DNA from: Pirellulales bacterium
GTDB lineage: Bacteria; Planctomycetota; Planctomycetia; Pirellulales; JACPPG01
NCBI GenBank assembly: GCA_035546535.1
Contig: DASZWQ010000024.1
Location: 77,320-141,319 of the forward strand
DNA: 64,000 nt
Direction of reading: 5' to 3'
Below are positions 57,788 through 64,000 of the stretch, piece after piece. The position numbers and the translations under genes are program-made. Position 1 is the first letter of the stretch; each line of letters opens with the position of its first letter. The notes below the pieces were generated by a model. The model saw only the letters and a list, made by a program, of their open reading frames with translations, was not told the DNA's origin and ran no database searches.

Positions 57788-57822
57788 GCCCATCAACCGG
57801 CGCGCCCCCTTTCGCACCGCTA

Positions 57823-59166
57823 ATGGCTCGAGCCATGTGCCGCTCTATACCTCGCTGTGCCTGCGCGCTGGTCCTTTTGATCTTGGGCGGCTGCGCCACG
57901 CACGCGCATCAATTGACCAAGGTGCGCGAGCTGTATTGCGCTGGCGAGCTGGCCGAAGCCACGTCCTCGGTCGACAAGGCGCTCAAGCGTCCGCACAACG
58001 ACGGCGACGTGCTGCGGCTCGAGCACGCGATGCTCGATTTGTGCGAAGGGCGCACGCGCGAGGCCGAGCAGACGTTGCGGCAGGTGCGCGACCGCTTCGA
58101 CACCTTGGAACAGGCCAGCCTCGGTCGCTCGGCCCTCTCGATGCTGACCGACGACAACATGCGCGACTATCCTGGCGAAGATTACGAACGGGTCCTGGTG
58201 CGCGCCTTCTTGGCCCTGTCGAACTTGATGAACGGCGGCGAGGACGCGCAAGCCTACAGCCTGCAAATCACGGACAAGCAGCAGCAGATCATCGACGCCG
58301 CGAAGGACCGCAACGACGAGGAGTCGAAGCTCGCTTATAAGCAGGTGGCCTTAGGACCGTACCTGCGCGGCATGCTGCGCGAGGAAACCCATTCGAACTA
58401 CGACGACGTCCAGCGCGCGAGTGCCACGGTCGTCAGTTGGCAGCCCAACTTCGTCTATGGCCTGCAAGACCTGGAGCGGGCTCGGCACGGACATCATTCG
58501 GCGCCTGGTAACGGCGTGCTCTATGTGTTCGCGCTCACGGGGCTTGGCCCTTACAAAGAAGAAACGATGGAGTTGCCGAGCACCGTGGCGCTATTGATCG
58601 CCGACCAGATCTTGAGCGCCACGAACAAATACACGCTGCCGCCGACCATCGCGCCGATCAAGGTGCCGAAGGTCGTGGTGCCCACGAACCAGATCGATCG
58701 GGTGCGGGTTTTTGTCGATCGGCAGCCTGTCGGCGAGACGGCCACGATCACGAACATCGGGGAAATGGCGCGCGAGCAATACGAGGCGGTCTACCCGCAC
58801 GTCATCGCGCGAGCCGTGGTCCGACGCGTGGTGAAGAAGGGCGTGATCTACGGCACCAAGACGGCCATGAACATCGACCGCAATTCGCTGTGGGACATCG
58901 GGCTGGACGTCGTGGGCGTGGCTTGGGAAGCGACGGAAGCCGCCGACACGCGCTGCTGGGGATTATTGCCGGAGAAGATCCAGGTGCTGCGCGTCGAGTT
59001 GCCGCAGGGAGAACACGAAATCGCGCTGCAAGGCGTCGGCTCGACATTGCCTGGCACGCCGCGCGCCGAGCGCGTGACGATCACCAACGGCCGCAACACG
59101 TACATGCTGGCCAACTTCCCCGACATGGACCCGATCGGCAAAATCCTGGTCAATCAGCGGCGCTAG
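57823..59166 (+). CDS. Putative lipoprotein of unknown function (COG3014-like, tentative)
   Basis: 447 aa. Good lipobox LLILGGC. N-terminal TPR-like helical part, then a beta-rich C-terminal part. Starts 35 bp after the preceding lipoprotein gene. Confidence 0.7.
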   Translation: MARAMCRSIPRCACALVLLILGGCATHAHQLTKVRELYCAGELAEATSSVDKALKRPHNDGDVLRLEHAMLDLCEGRTREAEQTLRQVRDRFDTLEQASLGRSALSMLTDDNMRDYPGEDYERVLVRAFLALSNLMNGGEDAQAYSLQITDKQQQIIDAAKDRNDEESKLAYKQVALGPYLRGMLREETHSNYDDVQRASATVVSWQPNFVYGLQDLERARHGHHSAPGNGVLYVFALTGLGPYKEETMELPSTVALLIADQILSATNKYTLPPTIAPIKVPKVVVPTNQIDRVRVFVDRQPVGETATITNIGEMAREQYEAVYPHVIARAVVRRVVKKGVIYGTKTAMNIDRNSLWDIGLDVVGVAWEATEAADTRCWGLLPEKIQVLRVELPQGEHEIALQGVGSTLPGTPRAERVTITNGRNTYMLANFPDMDPIGKILVNQRR

Positions 59167-59331
59167 ACCGGATTCTGTCATTTACTCGATCCGCGCGCGA
59201 CCGAAAACGTTCCCCTACCTGTCAGGAAGGGGCCAGGAGGGTTCCCCGCTCCATGTGGTCAGAATTCGTCGCGACCCGTGCGACTCAGAATGGGCGCACG
59301 GCGACACACGACTTGCGAGCCGTTGGGCCGC

Positions 59332-59385
59332 GAGGGGTTCACCCCTCACCCTGCCCTCTCCCACCCTCTCCCTGAGGGGAGAGGG
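59332..59385. repeat. Two adjacent GC hairpins (GAGGGGT-TC-ACCCCTC and CCCTCTCCC-TGAG-GGGAGAGGG) between convergent genes; likely bidirectional terminator / REP-like element
   Basis: Perfect 9-bp stem 59364-59372 / 59377-59385 with a 4-nt loop. A 7-bp palindrome sits at 59332-59347. The sequence produces the spurious 'PLRERVGEGRVRG' peptide of ORF 59215-59400. Confidence 0.6.
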
Positions 59386-59422
59386 GTTGCGAGTCATCAA
59401 CGACGAGTAAGACGGTGAGGCC

Positions 59423-61549
59423 TTACTTCGGCATCGGCAGGACGATCAGTGCGTTCTCGGGGAATGTGACGTCGCCTGCGCGGCCGTTCATCTGGTACTG
59501 CACCTTGAGAATCTTTGCCGTGCCGGGCACCGGGTCACCGCCGAAGCTGTCGTTGTAGCTGGCCGCCGGCAACATCAGCAGCGGCAAGCCGTCGACGCAT
59601 TTCTTCAATGTCTCGGTGACGTCCTTCGTCTTACCCGCGGCGCCGTACTCAGCCTTGACGATTTCGAGCTTCACCGGATCGATGCCGGCCTTGGCGAGAA
59701 TATCGCGCGCCTTGGCCGGGTCGCCGCCGAGCTTCTTCATCATCACGAGCATCGTACGGGCAGCGTCCGCCCCCAATGCCGGCGTCTGCGCCGCCTGAGC
59801 CGCGACCTTGAGAGTCTCGGGATTGGGATAACGCTCGAGGACCGCCAAAACCAGCTTCTGCTCGTCGGGACGGGTTGCCATGGCGAGAGCGCTACGGCAC
59901 ATTTCGGCCCGCTGTGGATCGGGCATGGCAAATTGCCGGGCCAGGCGAATGTAGCCGCGCACCGCGCGGACGCGGTACTTGTCGCCCGGCGCGTTCTTGG
60001 CCAGGTCCGCGAGCACTGGCGCCGCGTCGACGCCCATCCATTCGCCGAGCACGCGGCTGCCGGCATCCTGGATCTGGTCGTCGCTCTGCTTCATGGTCGT
60101 ATGGATGGTCTCGAGCGCCTTCGGCCCGCCCATCGTGCCGAGAACCTCCAGCAGGTTGGCTTGCGTGGCGACGGCGGCCTTGGGCATGGCCGCGGCCAAT
60201 TGCGCCGCACACGCTTCCCGGTCCGGCATGCGCAGGCAAGCTGTGCGGAGCGCACGCTGGGCGACCTGCACATCGCAGTTCTTCGGCTCGTTCACCCGCG
60301 CGATCAGGACCGACAACTCCTGCGGGCCGACCGTGGCGCCGAGTGCCGCAAGCGCGGCATTACGCACCTGGGCATCGGAATTGTCGAGCGCCTTGATCAA
60401 AGCCGGAGTGGCGCTAATGCGCCGCTCGCCAACGATATCAGCTAAGATCGCCAGCGATTTCCCTTCGGCCGAGGGAAGACGGGCCGCGATGTCGGCATCG
60501 ACCTTCTTGTCTTGAAGAGCCGCCACGGCTGCCTTGGCTGCTTGCGCGACGTCGGCATCATCCTCGGCCGCGATCGTCAACAGCGGCGAAAGTGTATACG
60601 CATCGCCCAAGCGCCCCATCACCCCTAGGGCCGCAACACGGACCTGCTTGTCGCCACTCTGGGCGGCCTTCAAGACGGCCGGCAGAACCGCCGCGTCACC
60701 GCGATCGGCCAACGCCACCAGCACGAGCGCTGCGCGATCGGGCGTGGTTCGCGATACCTCAGCGGCCAGAGCTTCGCCGACGGCCGCACCCGATAACTCG
60801 CGTGCCGCCGCCAGGGCGACGTTCATCATGGCTTTATCGGTTGAGCCCAACTGTTCGAGCAAGAGCGGAATGCCCTCGGCCTTGCGGGCGACGATCGCGC
60901 CGCGCGTGGCTTCGAGCTTGCGCGGCTTGGGGACGTCGGCCTTGCGGACTTCGTCGTAAATCTCCGCGGCCTCTTTCCCGCGGCCGTCGCGGTCCAAACG
61001 CTCGGCACACAGAATACAGCCTTCGGCCACGGCACTACGTACCGGAGCAGGCCCCGCGCTGAGCGCCTGCCGCAGCGATTTCGTCGCGGCGTCATTGGCG
61101 ATGTGCCCCAGCGCCACGGCGGCCGCCGCGGCCACTTCGTTATCTTTATCCTTCAGCCGTCCGGCCAAACGGTCGACCGCTTTGGCATCGGCGCGGACAC
61201 CGATCGAATTGATCGTGCCCACGAGCAGCTTGCCGGAGAGTTTGTCGGTCGCGCCCAGTAGGGCGGCATCGGCCGAGGGATCGGGAATTGCTTCCAGCGC
61301 GATACGCGCCCAGGAGGCCAACTGCTCGTCGGCCAATAGCTTAGCCAACTCGGGCACGCACTCTTTGCTGCCGACGGTGGTCAAGGCTTTGCAGGCAAGC
61401 GCCTTGTCGGCCGGTGCGCCCGAGCGGAGCACCGCGATCAACTCGGATTCGCTTTTTTGACCTTCAGCGGCATGAGCGGTCGCGCCCCAAAGCGCCGCGA
61501 GCGCGACGAGCCAGGCGGCGCTGCGCTTCAGATATCGATTCTTATCCAT
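59423..61549 (-). CDS. HEAT-repeat secreted protein with a small C-terminal beta-rich module
   Basis: Start is ATG 61549 (AGGA 8 nt upstream) or 61558. Signal peptide AAWLVALAALWGATAHA. More than 12 HEAT/PBS-lyase-like repeats (D..VR.AAA.ALG.IG...A...L). The C-terminal ~85 aa is IVKAEYGAAGKTKDVTETLKK...YNDSFGGDPVPGTAKILKVQYQMNGRAG. Confidence 0.82.
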   Translation of the reverse strand: MDKNRYLKRSAAWLVALAALWGATAHAAEGQKSESELIAVLRSGAPADKALACKALTTVGSKECVPELAKLLADEQLASWARIALEAIPDPSADAALLGATDKLSGKLLVGTINSIGVRADAKAVDRLAGRLKDKDNEVAAAAAVALGHIANDAATKSLRQALSAGPAPVRSAVAEGCILCAERLDRDGRGKEAAEIYDEVRKADVPKPRKLEATRGAIVARKAEGIPLLLEQLGSTDKAMMNVALAAARELSGAAVGEALAAEVSRTTPDRAALVLVALADRGDAAVLPAVLKAAQSGDKQVRVAALGVMGRLGDAYTLSPLLTIAAEDDADVAQAAKAAVAALQDKKVDADIAARLPSAEGKSLAILADIVGERRISATPALIKALDNSDAQVRNAALAALGATVGPQELSVLIARVNEPKNCDVQVAQRALRTACLRMPDREACAAQLAAAMPKAAVATQANLLEVLGTMGGPKALETIHTTMKQSDDQIQDAGSRVLGEWMGVDAAPVLADLAKNAPGDKYRVRAVRGYIRLARQFAMPDPQRAEMCRSALAMATRPDEQKLVLAVLERYPNPETLKVAAQAAQTPALGADAARTMLVMMKKLGGDPAKARDILAKAGIDPVKLEIVKAEYGAAGKTKDVTETLKKCVDGLPLLMLPAASYNDSFGGDPVPGTAKILKVQYQMNGRAGDVTFPENALIVLPMPK

Positions 61550-61636
61550 GATCGTCATCCTGATATTTTGTGAGCGTGTGTGCTTGAGAAATCTTGCGAT
61601 GGCGAAAAATGCAGTGACCACGCGGCGCGATTCGAT

Positions 61637-62941
61637 TTACAGCCGCCACGGTTCACGCAGAGCCTCGGAGCGGAGCCGATTGGCCTGCTCGTCGCCGAGG
61701 AACTCATTTTTCTGCTGATCGAACGTCACCTTGCGATCGAGCGCCAGGGCGATGTTCGCCGCGTGACAAGCAATGTGTGCCTTGCACGCCGCGTCGGCGT
61801 TCCCCTTCGGCAGGCTGCGGGTCTTGACGCAATCGAGGAAGTCGCGCACGTGGAAGGTGGCCGGATAGCCGTCGATTTCCTCGACCTTGCGGCCGCCCAG
61901 CAAGGCGGGCGAGCTGAGAACCATCTTGCCGCTGTCGCCCGTTTCGACCCAGCCGGTCTCGCCTTCGAAACGCACGGGGCACGAGCCGAGCGGGATCCAG
62001 CCGGTTTCGCGGAAGATCAATTCCACGCCGTCGTCATAGCGGCAGACAATCTGGCCATCCTTCGGCGGGTTGTACTCGACGGGCACGTGCTTGTCGTCCA
62101 CGGCCCATTGGCACAGGTCGACGCAGTGCGAACCCCATTCCAACACGCCGCCGCCGACAAGGCCGCCCCCTTTTTCGAAATTGAAACCGTCGAGTAGCTT
62201 CTCGTTGAAGGGGCGCCAGGCCGCGGGGCCCAGGTACATGTTCCAATCGACGACTTCCACGTCGGGATCTTTCTCGGCCGGCAGCCAACCGCTGACCATG
62301 GCTTTCATCCCTGCCGGGTGGGCGTAGACCTTTTTGAGCTTGCCGAGCTTGCCGGTGCGAGCCAACTCGCAGGCAAAGGCGAAGTGCGGCAGATTGCGCC
62401 GCTGCGTGCCGACCTGGAAGACGCGGCCCGTACGGCGAATGGTGTCTTTGAGGATCAAGCTCTGCGCGATGTTCTTCGTGCAAGGCTTCTCGCAATACAT
62501 ATCCTTGCCGGCGCGGGCGGCGTACATGGCCGCGGTGCAGTGCCAGTTCGGGCCGGTGGCGATCAGCACCGCGTCGATGTCATTGCGATCGAGTAGTTCG
62601 CGGAAGTCGCGATACATCGAGCAGTCTTGATTGCCGTTCTTCTCGTCGGCGATCTTCTTTACCGCGGTGCGGCGTGCGGCCTTGATGTCGCAGACGGCCA
62701 GAAACTGTACGTCCTTCTGTTCCAGGAAGCAGCCCAGGTCGTAGGTGCCGCGATTGCCGATGCCGATGCCGCCCAAGGTCACCCGCTCGCTGGGGGCGAC
62801 GGCGCCGTCCCGGCCCAGGGCCGAGCTGGGGATGATCTGCGGGGCCGCGATGGCGGCGGCGCTTACCGAGAGCGCGGTTTTCAAGAAGCTACGGCGGTTC
62901 TTAGGGTATGCCTTGTTCGCCACGCGTGTTCTCCTGGTCAT
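61637..62941 (-). CDS. Gfo/Idh/MocA family oxidoreductase with Tat signal
   Basis: Trimmed to the ATG at 62941 (MTRRTRVANKAYPKNRRSFLKTALSVSAAAIAAP). Rossmann LGGIGIGNRG. The EKP motif in MYCEKPCT is typical of this family. Confidence 0.9.
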   Translation of the reverse strand: MTRRTRVANKAYPKNRRSFLKTALSVSAAAIAAPQIIPSSALGRDGAVAPSERVTLGGIGIGNRGTYDLGCFLEQKDVQFLAVCDIKAARRTAVKKIADEKNGNQDCSMYRDFRELLDRNDIDAVLIATGPNWHCTAAMYAARAGKDMYCEKPCTKNIAQSLILKDTIRRTGRVFQVGTQRRNLPHFAFACELARTGKLGKLKKVYAHPAGMKAMVSGWLPAEKDPDVEVVDWNMYLGPAAWRPFNEKLLDGFNFEKGGGLVGGGVLEWGSHCVDLCQWAVDDKHVPVEYNPPKDGQIVCRYDDGVELIFRETGWIPLGSCPVRFEGETGWVETGDSGKMVLSSPALLGGRKVEEIDGYPATFHVRDFLDCVKTRSLPKGNADAACKAHIACHAANIALALDRKVTFDQQKNEFLGDEQANRLRSEALREPWRL

Positions 62942-63184
62942 GGCAAAGGGTGGGTCGTCGATGCGGCTCGAGCGGTCTCGCTTGCCAGCGATGTCGAGGC
63001 GGCTGCCCGTAAACCACCAGCATATCGCGGCGGCGATCACTTCTCCATAAAACTTGGCGGGAAAAAAATCGGGCCGCGAGAAGTCGGCGGGAATGCACGC
63101 CAGAAAACAGCCCGGCGACGCGAAAAAATGCCCCGCAGGCATGCTGGGCTCGGGGAAACCGGCTGGCAAGGGAAGCGACCAGAA

Positions 63185-63757
63185 TCACGCACGCCGGCAC
63201 TTGTAGCAGCCCTGCGTGTGGTCATCGACCATGCCGACGGCCTGCATAAAGGCATACAGGATCGTGCTGCCTACGAAGCTCATCCCGCGTTTCTTCAGGT
63301 CCTTGGCCAGCGCATCGGATTCCTCGGTGCGCGCCGGGACCTCTTTCATCGACTTGGGCCGGTTGACGCGCGGCTTGCCACCGACGAAGCGCCACAAGTA
63401 GGCATCGAACGAGCCGAACTCTTTTTGGATCGCCAGGAAGGCCTGGGCGTTCTTGCGGGCCGTGAAAACCTTCAGGCGGTTGCGGATGATATCGCCGGTG
63501 GCCAGGATTTTTTCCAGCTGTGCGTCGGTCAGGCGCGCCACCTTGGCCGGTTCGAAGTTCTTGAACGCATCGCGGTACCCTTGGCGACGGCGCAGGATCG
63601 TGTACCAGCTCAGCCCGGCCTGCGCTCCTTCGAGAATCAGCATCTCGAAAAGCTTCTGGTCGTCGTGAACCGGCACACCCCATTCGTGGTCGTGGTACGC
63701 GGCGTAGTCAGGCTTGTCGGCCGGCACCCAACCGCAACGCTGCTTTTCGACAGGCAT
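63185..63757 (-). CDS. tag: DNA-3-methyladenine glycosylase I
   Basis: Trimmed to the ATG at 63757 (MPVEKQRCGW...). Matches across the full length: RCGW......Y..YHD.EWGVP.HDD..LFE.L.LEG.QAGLSW.TIL.RR..YR.AF..F....VA...D...E.L......I.NRLK......NA.AFL.IQ.EFGSF..Y.W.FV, plus the C-terminal zinc ligands (DDH...C). Confidence 0.93.
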   Translation of the reverse strand: MPVEKQRCGWVPADKPDYAAYHDHEWGVPVHDDQKLFEMLILEGAQAGLSWYTILRRRQGYRDAFKNFEPAKVARLTDAQLEKILATGDIIRNRLKVFTARKNAQAFLAIQKEFGSFDAYLWRFVGGKPRVNRPKSMKEVPARTEESDALAKDLKKRGMSFVGSTILYAFMQAVGMVDDHTQGCYKCRRA

Positions 63758-63789
63758 TTCGATTCGTCTCCTCAATGCGCTCGCGCGGT

Positions 63790-64000
63790 TCAGCGGAAGA
63801 ACCAGCACATTCCCAGCGTGCAGGCGATCAACACGCAGGCCCAAAACTTATCGCGCTGCCACCAGGCGCGCATGGTGCCGGCTTCGGCCTGGCGTTCTGA
63901 CTTGAAGCGACCCCAGGTGTATTGCTCCTTCGTCGTGTCCCGCTCGCGCCGCGTAGCAAGGCTGACAACCACAACGACCACATAGCAGGCAATCGTGGCC
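63790..64000 (-). CDS. Possible 3' end of a membrane protein gene continuing beyond the window (or a small 63-aa ORF from GTG 63981)
   Basis: The reading frame stays open upstream of the track's GTG start right to position 64000 (..ATIACYVVVVVVSLATRRER...FWACVLIACTLGMCWFFR*). It has two hydrophobic stretches and no recognisable family. Confidence 0.3.
   Translation of the reverse strand, partial: ATIACYVVVVVVSLATRRERDTTKEQYTWGRFKSERQAEAGTMRAWWQRDKFWACVLIACTLGMCWFFR

Noticed and set aside
59215-59400. 61-aa ORF containing NPSPLRERVGEGRVRGEP
   Set aside because: This peptide is the translation of a GC-rich hairpin/REP-like element between convergent genes. There is no SD and no domain, so I treated it as a repeat/terminator rather than a CDS.
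1-64000. CRISPR arrays, IS elements/transposases, toxin-antitoxin pairs and recognisable defence systems
   Set aside because: I scanned the translations and the sequence for regularly spaced repeats, DDE/serine/tyrosine recombinase motifs and typical small paired ORFs, and none were seen. The window looks like ordinary chromosomal backbone rather than an accessory island.

Overview
High-GC, gene-dense chromosomal segment with about 55 supportable CDS and one tRNA-Phe. No rRNA, CRISPR array, transposase, integrase or phage gene was recognised. The gene content points to a Planctomycetota (Pirellulales-like) genome. That is an inference from hallmark families: a PSCyt/DUF1549/DUF1553 + DUF1501 pair, a PVC-type heme-binding 'membrane-bound dehydrogenase' protein, DUF1080, ThuA, PEP-CTERM proteins, Tat-signal Gfo/Idh/MocA, and many HEAT/TPR/LRR secreted proteins.

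Most long ORFs in the supplied track are antisense shadows typical of high-GC DNA. I trimmed several real genes to internal starts supported by signal peptides or Shine-Dalgarno sequences. I also added one CDS missing from the track: a partial PEP-CTERM paralogue at 1-479 on the minus strand.

Confidently recognised functions:
- haloalkane dehalogenase (HLD-I type)
- SBP56/methanethiol-oxidase homologue with a Tat signal
- FloA flotillin, HisI, RidA, Tag
- PiT and Na/Pi phosphate transporters
- an ArsR-SRPBCC pair, an ECF sigma factor, PIG-L and NodB deacetylases, DUF1028, and a peptidase C25-like protein

I found no clear defence island or mobile element, and nothing I can honestly call a demonstrably new system. 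The best candidates for follow-up:
1. A second, 'orphan' DUF1501 gene whose upstream neighbour is an unrelated 853-aa CarboxypepD_reg/HEAT protein, right next to a canonical DUF1549/1553-DUF1501 pair.
2. A same-strand block of exported enzymes ending in the Tat-MtoX homologue.
3. An ECF-sigma / overlapping membrane protein / beta-lactamase-fold hydrolase operon.
4. An adjacent lipoprotein pair.
5. Tandemly duplicated PEP-CTERM cassettes that share an upstream 16-mer.
6. Several non-coding oddities: an 802-bp ORF-free gap, a minus-oriented terminator with no minus gene, and small tandem repeats.

All family assignments come from reading the translated sequences. No HMM or BLAST search could be run.
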